Positions 39,764 through 52,744 of a stretch of DNA of 64,000 nucleotides are shown here, in pieces. This stretch comes from Octopus vulgaris. Taxonomy: Eukaryota. The stretch covers positions 42,718,001 to 42,782,000 of the forward strand of contig OX597816.1 of NCBI GenBank assembly GCA_951406725.2, in the 5' to 3' direction. Position numbers and translations under genes: made by a program. The first letter of the stretch is position 1; each line of letters opens with the position of its first letter. A model generated the notes under the pieces. That model ran no database searches and was not told the origin of the DNA. It saw only the letters and a list, made by a program, of their open reading frames with translations.

Positions 39764-39810
39764 CGCGAGACTGGCCCAGTTTCGAGCTAGTTGACTCATC
39801 GTCAGTCGCG
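39764..39810 (-). ncRNA. Type I hammerhead ribozyme
   Basis: RNA 5'-CGCGA CUGACGA U GAGU-CAACUA-GCUC GAAA CUG-GGC-CAG UC UCGCG-3': intact core, three paired stems and a GUC cleavage triplet. Confidence 0.85.
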
Positions 39811-39967
39811 CGCACCTGCGCAACGGTGTGATAGATATGATCCGCTTTTCCCCGCGATATATTGTAAACAAAGTGACCATCGGTCAAGGATTTTCAAGAA
39901 GCAGAGTAGCTAGTTATGATATCTGAAGAAGAGGTAAATTAGTCACACGTCAAAGTGGCAAGTGCGA

Positions 39968-40012
39968 GCTGCTGACAAAGAACCAACTAGCTCGAAACTA
40001 GGGGAGTACCGC
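39968..40012 (+). ncRNA. Degenerate hammerhead copy
   Basis: GCTG-CTGACAA-A-GAAC-CAACTA-GCTC-GAAACT-AGGGG-AGTA-CCGC. It has G8->A and mismatches in stems I and II. Confidence 0.5.
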
Positions 40013-40219
40013 AATCCTGTTAGTTGACGGAGGCTAGTAGGGTTTCGCTCCCTCTGCTAGCGACATATTGAATATAAAGAATGCAGAATGTTGCATCGAA
40101 AAACAGCTGGGTACAATCTTCCTGGAGTTAAACTAGTAGTAGCATTCACCTGGCACTTTAATGTGGAAAATCGCTCTACTGATTATTATACGATACTACT
40201 TTATCTTTTCTTGAGATTT

Positions 40220-40279
<60 letters not shown>

Positions 40280-42835
40280 TGCGCGCGCGTGTCTTTAGAA
40301 ATATATATTACTCGGTGAGGATATAGCGGTAGACCTTAGTTATGTTCCAGGTTACGGTTCAATAGTTATATTCATGGAAATATGCTGTATGAAATGTGGA
40401 ATAAAAGGAAATAAATTTGGGGCATCTACCACTCTCTCTACTCTCTAACTTCATAACGATTGTTTTTATGTGTGTGTGTACTCGCGCGTGTGCGTACATG
40501 CGCGTGTGTGTACATGCGTGTGTATGTGGTTGTGTGTATATATAATTAAAGCCTTGGACAATGATTTGAGCAAGTTCTCTTATTTCATTTATTTACACCT
40601 GTTTCATCGAAAATCTGTCGTATGAGCATTGTCATCTTGCATAATAGTATATGCAAGTGTTTAATACACGGGATGCTACAGACACATGATCTGAGATCGA
40701 TTCTTCAGAATTATGCATAAGTATTTGCGGTAGATACAACTGCTAACGATAATTTATACATGTTTTGATTTGGACGTCTTTAAATAGTTACATTTAATTA
40801 TCACAATCCCAGCAAAATGAAATAAAACACATCCTCGGTCAATAATACTGAATAATCAAAAAAGAGAAAGTAAAAGAATGCGACGCAATTTCCTTCAATA
40901 TTATGTACGGTTTTATATTAAGTACACATTGACAGAAATGTAGGTTGTGAGTTGACATTATTTTGTAAAGACCTACATTATCACTTAACAATGTTGCCTT
41001 ATATTCAAGAGGATGTTCTTTATTATGCGAGTTATATACCTTAATGCTTGGTTTCGATTTAATGAGAGACAGTTGGGTTCAGTTCCAAGCCTTCTAAAGT
41101 GTCACGATCTTGTAGTGGTATTGAATGGCTCTTCCATCTTTAACTCCGAACCATCTTTTTATTCTCGGCTGATGAAAGTGAGACGGACTTCTTTGAAAAA
41201 GTCGTCTTATTTCCACGAGGAGAGCAGCGCCTACATTCTGCGATAATCGAATAATATCACAAGGAATTTATTTTACAAGAGAAATTGACGCTGTGTAGGA
41301 TACGCCATTGCTTGAATCTATTAATCATAATATATCTCTGTAACACATGCAAGTGTCAACGAATGTGCTTTTATCACATCGAAAACCACCACCACACCGC
41401 CACCATTATATGTTGTATTAATCGTAAGCTACTTTGTATATTGTTTTTGCTGTTGTTGTTTTTTTGTTTTTTTTGGTCACTCATATAACAAACAAATAAT
41501 TTCCATCTTTACAAAATAGATGACTAGCCTATTTGCAGATAAGTATGAGATTGTCACCATAGACTTTATTTCTTCCACATTTCAAATTATGCTCCTCGGC
41601 GAAGGTTTGGACAAATTTAAAATTCATATCATCACAAGGCTGAAGCTGATCATCTTCCAGTTTCTTCAACACTTAATTATTTAACAATTCTTCTGCATCT
41701 TAAATACACTTTCAGCAACTGGTGTTTCAAGCCGTTTTCTATAATAAAGAGTGAAGAAATTCGGAGAAATATGCGAGAGTGCGCGAAAGCAAATCATATT
41801 TGTTTTACGTTTCATCTTAATTTCCATTTTCTAGAGAGCTATTATTTCATTAATAATGCATTTTCTACAAATGCACTTCTTTTGGGTAAGGTAAACCCAT
41901 TCACATTCATTTTACTTTCACGAGGCAGCATATAGGAAGTTAGCTAATAAGGCATTTCAGTTTCTTATCATCAACATTTTTTCTAGATTTCTGCAAATAT
42001 TTTACACTACAAAATTATTACCTCACATTTAAATATCACTCTCCATAGAACAATTGAATCAAAAAGAGAAACACTGAAAAGATTCAATTAAATGACGAGT
42101 GAACGAAGACAGAAGATAGGAGCAGGTATATGATGGAAACCAAGGAATAAGATGGATCAGGCATGTGAAACCTAAGAATGGGATAAAATCAAAGGCTAGT
42201 GGCATTTTGGAGGAACTCGGAGAGTAAACGGCGAAATAATTATGAGTACTAACACCGCGAGCGAAAGAGAGAGAGAGAGACGGACAGACCGATGGAGGGT
42301 GAAAGCTATGGGCGTGAGAGGAGGATGAGAGGAGTGAGAGGGACGGAAGCGAGTGAACTGAAATAACATAAGCCTAATAACGCGTGTAGAATACCAATAA
42401 GGCCTCGGGAAAGAAATCGATTATGTTGGAAAAACATTGACTATACTTATATAGTTACAAATTTCGTGAAGCACATTTTCGAAGACAATATCGGAAACGA
42501 TTTCTTTCTACTATCATATATGTACCACGAATTTTATTCGCACTTTCCTCAGTACGTTTTATGGCTGGTTATCACAGCATTTCTTAAACTGGTGTAACGA
42601 TTTTATGCGGATATATAAATTTATATATTAAGCGACAATTGTAAAACTTGGAATTTCAATGGATCCACATGCTTAATGGAATAATATAGGACCAGCCTGA
42701 TGAAAATATTTTCAGCAATGGAAAAAATACAGCACAATGGCGAATCAGTTCTAAAGGAAAATTCTGTACGTTTGTATGTCTGCGTGCGTGTGTAACATAT
42801 ACGTAGATATAAATATGTGTGTGCGCACACACACA

Positions 42836-42873
<38 letters not shown>

Positions 42874-44321
42874 TAAATGTAGAAATATATATGTTTGTGT
42901 ATACATACACTTACATATATATATATATATATATGAACATACCTCCATACATATATATTTACATACACACATATACCTAAGGAGGAGAGAGAATGCCCTC
43001 GGAGGAAAAGAAAAGAGAAAGTAAGATACAAATATATTCAGTGATCGAGTTTGAAATATTGCGAGATAGAAATATTTTATATTTTGAATAGAATAGATCA
43101 AAAGATTATCGCTAAACGTATAGATAATATACCAAAGGCTACTAACTATTACTGCCAGCGGGAAATTTGGTCTCTTTGATATGGTTAGACATAAAGTCTA
43201 CTTATTAAACGAACTTTTATTGTGTTAGGAAACAATCTGGTACCTTCACAGGGTGGTGAAATAATAGAAAAGCCTGTTATTTCATCGATACTAGGAAGCT
43301 CAATGTACAATATATCTAAATAGCCGCTCTATACAATACAGCTAAATAGCTATTTCGTTAATGGCCATGGCTCATATATAGTCAATAGTTTAAATGTATT
43401 TTGAAAAGAATGTAATATAGAATTGGACGTGATTTGAAAGAGTAAAATGACACAACAGAAAAGAAAGAATAGAAGCAGAATGAGTGAAAGACAGAAAAAG
43501 AAAATGCTATTAATAAAGAAAACGAAACAACAAAATTTACAAGAGAGATATAGACACATTATATATATATATATAAAATAAAGAGCATGAATTAGTACTG
43601 CTTATTGGGAAATGATAGAGGGGCAGATACATTTGATTACGTACAGAGAAAAAAAACGGAGTAAAAATTAATCGGAATATTTTTTTAAAATGCCAAATTG
43701 TTAATAATTATATCGCTTTTCTGTTTTTGTACGCAAAATATACCTAATGCCCCTTTCTTCACAGTGTGAATAAGAGCAGTAGTAAAAATGAAAGATTTTA
43801 ATTTCTTTCTTTCATTCCTTGAATCTCTTTTAATCTAGATCAGCATCATGGACACTGAATCTCTTCACTGAAAGAAATTCAATAGATCTTCTGCTGCTTT
43901 CTGAATCGTCAGTTCAATTTTTTACTCTATTACGAAATGGCATGATATGTAATTTCATATTTACAACGTACGATATAATGTACATAACGAATGAGTTACG
44001 TGAAAAAAAAACTAAGTAAAAACATGCTAATTAGTGAGGGAAAAAAAAGAACCAATTAGAAACTATAAATATCTCTCAAAAGGATGGACGGGTTATTTGA
44101 AGAAATCAAATTTAGAAATATATTAAGTTAATATCATAGAGGAAAGCTTGATGGTTGTTAGCTAGTGACGTGAGGTATGTAACCAATTTTAGTTTTTCGG
44201 TATCCTAATAGTGAAGTATATATTTAGGCTGGACCCGTCGTGAGCATCGAACAAGGGAATTTTTCATACAGAATGAACTGCAAACTGATTCAACCAAGAG
44301 TAATCTGCATATATATATATG

Positions 44322-44355
<34 letters not shown>

Positions 44356-44357
44356 GG

Positions 44358-44413
<56 letters not shown>

Positions 44414-45577
44414 ATATGCTCTGTACCTCTCTCTCACTCTGTATGTATGTATGTATATATATATATATATATATATTATACCACCATTACAGCCGATTTT
44501 ACCCATCGGTTTCGCACTATGGGTCAGTTAATTGTACTTGTACTTGCTTTTGAAACACATTCCAAATCGGTAAATCGACTAGTATTGTTTACCAAAACAC
44601 TTGCCTGAAATTGCAATTGATCTATCGAACTATAGCCATAGAAGTATCTCTAACTTCATCAGCAAAGTAAAGGAGTTACGTCTCAAGCCAAAGCCGCAAA
44701 TGTAACTCTCGAAACTAAGATCATTTATCGGAATCAATTCCACTTGAGAATAAACTACGACTCAGAACTCTATATTAACCTTTCTAAGAGAGAGAGAGAG
44801 AGAGGGGGACAATTCCCATTTCCTCTACACGGTTCAATAAATACTAGCAATAGCCCACACCATTCCAGAAGCCTTTGACACATCCGGTATAATGTTTTGT
44901 ACATTAGTCTGCAACTCAGAGAAGAGACTTCAGCAATTGATAGTTTGTAACTGAAGCAACTTCGGCTGTGTAATCCGACAAAATTATTTTCCTTAAATGT
45001 CAATTCACCAAATCCCTCGACGACGAATCTCTCAAGGTTCATTTCATAGCCTCCTACAGTTTTCGGTATTTATCGATCATCAGTTCAACACGTCTGACCC
45101 GAGGACAGCTCACTCTTTGTATTCTGCCAGTAAGTTCAATAAATCAAGTGGAACTTTTTGTATCCTGCTGGAACAGAGATCTTCTCATCGCTGGATTAAA
45201 AATCCTGCGTACGACCGGCAAGTAGCATTTAACTTAACCTTTTCTTGCTAGCACCGCCCCCGCCACCAGTCACTTCCTTTATTAGATAGCACTTATAGTT
45301 TTTATAGTCTATATTTTTCATTCTTTTGGTATTCTATCATTTTGCTTGCGTATAACTGTCAAAACTAAGGCTAAAGATGAGAACGCCACAACAAGAATAC
45401 TGTGTTTCTGGCTGAAATAACTGAAATAACGAAGAAATAAACAGCGTGACCAATGAAACATAAACACACACACACACAAACACAAGCATAATATACATAT
45501 GCAACTATGAATGTATACAATATATATATTCACATTATGCATCTATGAATGTATGTATATATATATATATATATATA

Positions 45578-46865
45578 CGAGGGGCGTTCAATAAGTAATG
45601 CCCCTGACCCACTTCCCATAGCAGTAGAGCAACGAAACTTGGCACAGTTATAAGGCTTTTTCTACATAGGAACCACCCAGAGTTACGCATTTCTCCCATC
45701 GTTTGATGCGGCTCTGGATACCGTTTTTGTAGAAGAACCCAGCTTGGTCCTCCAACCTCAACGTGACTTCAGAAACCAAGGCTGCATCATCTGGGAAACG
45801 CTTTCCTTTCAAAAACAACTTCATGATTGGGAAGAGGTGAAAATCAGAGGGTGCAAGGTCAGGAAAGTAGGGGGATGGGGAGGAGTTCATAGCCATACGC
45901 CTGTGCTTCTGATCTGGCGACAAGCGAGTTGTGGACCGGAGCGTTGTCCTGCAGGAGGAGGATGCCTTTGCTGATCTTGCCCCGCCTCTTGATTTTGATA
46001 GCTTCTCTTAATTTCCTCAAAAGTGAAGCATAATAGGCTCCTGCAATTGTGGTACCCTTTGCCAGGAAATCTCTCATCACTACTCCGTCCTGGTCCCAGA
46101 AGACTGTGAGCATAACCTTGGCAGCGGAGGGCTGCACCCATGCCTTCTTTGGAGGGGTGAGTCACGGTGCTTCCACTGCATTGACTGGGCTTTGGTCTCT
46201 GGATCATCGTGATGGACCCAGGTTTCATCCGGTGTAATCAGTCTTTTGAAAAATGTTGACTCATCTTCTTGGCACATCTCCAAATTCACCCTCGAGCATT
46301 CGACGCGTTCTTGCTTCTGGAAAGGCGTGAGCAACCTGGGAATCCATCTGGCAGACACCTTTTGCATATGCAAATGGTCATGAATGATAGTTTCCACAGA
46401 CCCGGTACTAATCTTGACCTGATGCGCTATTTGGCGAATAATTATGCGTCGATCTTCCAAAATGGCAGCCTCAACTTGACGGACAGATGCCTCATCAATG
46501 GCAGAAGGGGGCGACCAGATCTGGGAGCTGTTTCCACAGAGTTCCGACCATGTTTGAATTCACGATGCCAGCGTTATACAAGGTCATATGATGGGGCATC
46601 ATCACCATAAGTTACTTTCATTTCATCAAAAGTCTCCCGTGGTGTGCGTCCTTTCAAATACAAAAACCGGATCACTGCTCGACACTCTACAGGCTCCATT
46701 TCACACTTGACTCGGTTCAAACACCTGTAAATCAGAAACCACAATTAATTCAGAGCTGTAATTTGCCACTTACTCTATAGTGATATAAATGATTGCACAT
46801 GCAAACTTTCAGCTAGATCAAACAATTGCAAGTGGGTCAGAGGCATTACTTATTGAACGTCCCTC

Positions 46866-46866
<1 letters not shown>
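45578..46866 (-). mobile_element. Full-length inactivated mariner (irritans/Himar1-like), 1289 bp
   Basis: TIRs CGAGGGGCGTTCAATAAGTAATGCCCCTGACCCACTT / AAGTGGGTCAGAGGCATTACTTATTGAACGTCCCTCG, inserted in (TA)n. Confidence 0.95.
45648..46699 (-). pseudogene. Mariner transposase with in-frame stop and frameshifts
   Basis: MEPVECRAVIRFLYLKG...DLV*RW...RSGRP; VSARWIPRLL; ITPDETWVHH; KVMLTVFWD; QDNAPVH; YFPDLAPSDFHLFP. Confidence 0.93.
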
Positions 46867-46912
<46 letters not shown>

Positions 46913-47140
46913 CTGAAAAGTATTACAGATTATATACAACTAAACGATTCAGAGATGCATGAACTCAGACTCACGTAGATGCATACATATCCATGTATAT
47001 ATATATATATGTGTGTATATTCATGTACATATATGTATTTGAGTCTGTGTGTGTATGTGTACAAACACATGTACACATACAAACATATGTACGCCTAAAA
47101 TTGCTGAAATTATACTGATATTTATATGATCACTCTCTGT

Positions 47141-47171
<31 letters not shown>

Positions 47172-47176
<5 letters not shown>

Positions 47177-47855
47177 AGGGTAAATAATAGCTTTAATGGC
47201 TTTTAAAAAAACAACAATTATTTACTGGTAGATTTCGGCATTTAATTATAACCATTAACGGTAGGAACTTCTATAAAAGTTCAATATATATTTTTGTATA
47301 CAAATAAAAGAGGCAGGCAACAGGTTGCTTAGCCACATACCGAAAAAAATAGAAATACCAGTCAAAGACGGTTTATTTCTATTTTCTACAAATAAGACTC
47401 CACATACGACATAGCCCTGTAATTCACATATGCAAACCAGAAGGAAGAAATAACGAAAACGAAGTCTAACAGTTATTTACGAACGCGTTTCTGGATTAAG
47501 AATATAATAAAATATCAATTTCGTCAGCGTAAACTTTCACTAAAATAGATTTATCAAATGCTACGTACCTCCACTTATCGATCAGGCAACATCGTTAATA
47601 GTGGAAGAAAGCAAGCAGAGGCCAAACCTATATAGACGATTGAATCCGTAAATTTTCCCTCCAAAGTTTTGTCATGCGTATTACAAAAACAGTTCCTTAG
47701 AGATAGAAACTATGGGTTGTCGTTAGGGAATTTTGCATAGTTGAATTACAGGGATATGTCGTATGTGGAGTCTTATTTGTAGAAAATAGAAATAAACAGT
47801 CTTTGACTGCTATTTCTAATTTTTTGGGCATTTGGCAAAGCAACCTGTTGCCTGC

Positions 47856-47860
<5 letters not shown>
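47172..47860 (-). mobile_element. (TA)n-embedded element with 126-bp inverted arms and a hammerhead motif (Penelope-like remnant)
   Basis: Arms 47311-47436 and 47732-47857 are reverse complements, and a hammerhead-like motif lies between them. Confidence 0.7.
47476..47533 (-). ncRNA. Type I hammerhead-like motif with damaged stem II
   Basis: UUUACG CUGACGA A AUUGA...UUAAU CCA GAAAC GC GUU CGUAAA: 6-bp stem I, intact core and palindromic ACGCGU stem III. Confidence 0.6.
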
Positions 47861-47905
<45 letters not shown>

Positions 47906-47907
<2 letters not shown>

Positions 47908-48241
47908 TCTTTTACTCTTTTCTCTTTTACTCGTTTCAGTCAGTTGACTGCGGCCATGCTGGAGCACCGCCTTTAGTCGAGCAACTCGACCCCGCGACTT
48001 ATTCTTTGTAAGCCCAGTACTTATTCTATCGGTCTCTTTTTGCCGAACCGCTAAGTGACGGGGACGTAAACACACCAGCATCAGTTGTCAAGCAATGCTA
48101 GGGGGACAAACACACACACACACACACATATATATACATATATATACATATATACGACAGGCTTCTTTCAGTTTCCGTCTACCAAATCCACTCACAAGGC
48201 ATTGGTCGGCCCGGGGCTATAGCAGAAGACACTTGCCCAAG
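47906..48241 (-). mobile_element. 5'-truncated family-B SINE
   Basis: Near-identical to the 3' part of 23697-24157; it stops at GACACTTGCCCAAG. Confidence 0.9.
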
Positions 48242-48322
48242 ATTATATATATATATAATATAGATATATATATATATATAGAGAGAGAGAGGGAGAGAGA
48301 GAGAAGAGAGAGAGAGAGATAC

Positions 48323-48353
<31 letters not shown>

Positions 48354-51343
48354 TACACGCACATACACACACATATATATATAGATAAATATACATAGAT
48401 ACATATATATATAAATATATACATTTATAAATGTATGTATGTTTACCTATCTATATCTTTATATATACGTGTGTGTGTGTGTCTGTGTTTGTGTGTTTGT
48501 GTATATATATAAAGACAGAGAGAGAGAGGGAGATCATAAAAATATCAGTATTGATTTCAGCACTCCTTAGGCGTACATATGTTAGTGTGTGCACGTGTGT
48601 TTACACACATACACACACGGACACGGACACACACACACATATGTATATGTATACACATATACATGGATATTTATGAATCTGCATGAGTCTAAGTACATGC
48701 ATCTGTCAATCCTTCAGTTGTGCATAAGCCTGTATATACTTTTCAGCACTCTTTATTTGTTTCCACGTTTCCATTCATTTACTTTCCGCCTTAGAGAGAT
48801 TTATTCTTTCCTGTTTGTTATATTGAATGCTTTTAATTGTTTCAGGTTATGTAAAATTATTGTGAGTCGAAATTTGATTCCTCTACGTAAAAAAAATTAA
48901 TGCCGTATGAGGAATTTAGCTTTGTGTAACCAGAATTCCAGAAAGAGAAATTTCTCAGCAAAATTATTATATCTAATTCAACTCGTTTGAAGATTTTTTA
49001 CCGTATGAATTTTGTTGTTTACGAAACATCGGAATTCATAAACGTTTTTCGTTTTAACCAAACCCTGGGAGAAATTTCCTGTATAAGCTCTGCACTCGTA
49101 CATCAAACTATCATTATAACTTAGTAAGACCCTTTGTACTGTTCTTAACAATAAAGCATTTGTTTTATCGGATTTCTTTTCGTTCCCAACATTTTCCTGG
49201 CCAATTTCCCATTTGATTAAACCGTACAAAGAAAAGATAACATGCATGCTTTAACATTTATTTCAGAATGTCATTGTGTTGCGCTCATATTACATACCCT
49301 TTAATATCATCTTTCATACGTTGCATTCAGTAGCACAGCCTATCATTAATATACTTGACTCCACCTCTACAGAATGGCATCGTATGTTATATCAAAATAA
49401 TACCATGAGTCGTCTAATTCAGAAAGGTTTATTTATATAGATATATATTTCTTAAGTGGAGGCCAGGCCTTAAATATGGTGGGGTGCTACATGATTGCTG
49501 CGAGAAAAGCAAACAATCATTTGAGTCTATAATTTAGCAAGTCCCTTACGTAATGGGCTAAAACTAAAATATCGGGTACACGTATCATAGAAGTGAAAGT
49601 TATTTTGATTTCAAGTGATAGAATTATAATTATTAACATTCTCATCATGCTTGTGAAAATGATAACAGACTGGCTTAAACTGCATTAGCATTTCAGAGTA
49701 TGGAACGAGAATAATGTAATAACCTCGGGAGAGCTTTTTTTAAGCTTATAATTAAAAAGGTCTCATTATGAAATACCTTATATTTGTCGTCACTACTTAC
49801 AATTAAACCAAATCAGGAAATGCATTAACGTTGTATATAACTTCTGCTGTACACAATAATTCAGTAGATGCATGCACACATACATGTTTGAATGCATATA
49901 TGTGTGTGCTATATATGCTTTGTGGGTGCTGCGTATGCTTTTATATACGTGTGTGTGTCTGTGTGTGTGTACGAAAATTTATATAAAACTGAACCAGTCT
50001 AATGATTTGCTGAAAACTGTGAGCTTAGATTGATATTTGATATTGCCAGAAACATTAAGATTTTAAGACTTTCAGTTAGCAATGTCATAGCTTTAAGAGA
50101 TCTACTTAGCTGTGCTCTGATTGCTGTGGACATTCCTCGTTGTGTGAAGTGAAACTGTCAAACTGGACATCTCATTTATATTTAATGAATGACGTATCCA
50201 CTCTTTTCTTTTGCACGCTTTAAACTGATGTAATCAACATAATCCTCATCCACAAATCCTTTCAATACATCTTCAATAAAATACATTCATGTGAATTAAT
50301 GCTAGCAAAGCATTGCTCGGCACATCCATATTATTAAAGTTGCGTGAACAATTTACAGTTCTGAATTATATAGCAATAGTCAACCAATCACCTATGTGTG
50401 CCGCGATGTAAAATGTGATATGAATTCTGTTTTATTTATGTGATATTTCTGGAGTGCTTTCTTGACACTTGTCTAATTCATAGAAGCACAAATTCATAAA
50501 ACTAACTGCCATGATAAATTACACTGTAAATGACTGAATATCAAGCATAGATTAATTAAAAGTGCTGTTATTTAAACATCACACTACTTTACACTGTCCA
50601 CACTAAGGTATTTTTCAATTCGTCTTATAGCAGATTTGAAGGAAACTCTCAGCTTTGCTCTATGTTCCGTTCCAGGGTAATAAAAAATCTTATTGATTTA
50701 GAATTTGTCTTTCCTTTATCAACTGCTGAGGAACTATCCAGCAATTTACATTTACATAAATACACCTCATTTTCATTAGGCTTAGAGGTCACGTCCATTT
50801 CGTTCTAATTACTTTACTTAGATATAATGTTTTAGTACGAACTACCTAGCAATTATATACTACCTAGCAAGTATATACGGTTACTATATTTTATGCTTGT
50901 ATTTCAAAATATTGATTTTGGCTATGTGCGTGTACTTCAATTTTTATAGATGGATGGATGAAAGGATTGTTGCCTAAGTCTGTGGGCGTGTGTTGTATTA
51001 GCGAGAGAATATGTGGGCATTTATATGTGCCTAATATATATTATGAACACGCAATTACACACACATAAACACATACACACACACACACTCATATATATAG
51101 AGAGACATTGAGTGAGTTATAGATTATATATATTGTTGTATACTGAAACTCTATACCCCTCCAGGTAAAAAAGTGGTAGGAATGGACCATTACAAATAGA
51201 CCAGTAGTCGGTTGTGAAGAGAAGGTGGAGTGTCGAAAAGTTGAGACTCGACAAGTATAGTCGGTATCTTGTGGAGCTATCAGCGATAGTTAGACAGAAT
51301 TTAGTGTATTATCATTCCGGTACGAAGAGATACAATGGAATCA

Positions 51344-51960
<617 letters not shown>

Positions 51961-52064
51961 TTAGAATAAGTTTAAGCAGAGGAAAGAGAATATTATCAAA
52001 AGAGAAATGATGGTGGACTTTGTTATTGTAGCTTTGTAGGAATGAAAACGTATATAAATTAGGA

Positions 52065-52133
<69 letters not shown>

Positions 52134-52744
52134 TATATTTCTCTTTACGCACAAACATACCGATATGCACATACATATTTCATGTGTTGAGAAGGATTAC
52201 TGTAACAGTTCGTATTTTCTTTTCATATAATTATAATAATTATTATACACAAACATGTATATATATTTATACATATAAACATGCGATATGTTTTCTATTG
52301 AGTGCTCGAGAGATAATGGTCCACAATAAGTGGGTTAGAGTTTATATTAATATTTTGAAATAGACACCTTGAACTGCTTAAAAAGCTATTACATAAATTT
52401 TCAATTTTGATCTTCTTAAAATATGGAATTACCAACCAAACAGTTTTATTAGGACATACCTTGATATTTGGGTAAGTCCTAGATATACTTTTATAATGTA
52501 CAAAGGGACTGAAAGTACGGTTCTCTCCCTTACGCTGAAAATTACATTTTTCGATTTAGTGTTGTTATTCGAACTAAAATTTGCATTGCTATTACCGTTA
52601 TGACGTGTTTTCACGTTCTGATTAATAGAGGTAGAATTTTATAAGTCTGCATTACGTAAAGGAGGCTACCTATATTAACCCTAATGACATTACGCTGCCT
52701 CAATTTAAGTATATAATTCAACTGAATATATATATATATATATA

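Larger units (their letters stand above)
39620..40160. mobile_element. Inverted pair of ~210-bp hammerhead-bearing units (Penelope-like pLTR/retrozyme-like)
   Basis: 39620-39830 and 39944-40160 are diverged reverse complements (e.g. CTACTAGTTTAACTCCAGG / CCTGGAGTTAAACTAGTAG). Each arm carries a hammerhead motif. Confidence 0.75.

Noticed and set aside
44770-45042. 90-aa minus ORF downstream of a GC box
   Set aside because: It has no recognisable domain and runs into a (CT)n repeat. A promoter or first-exon role cannot be supported from sequence alone.
45050-45090. Minus-strand CTGATGA...CCGAAA as a hammerhead
   Set aside because: Stems I, II and III cannot be paired convincingly.
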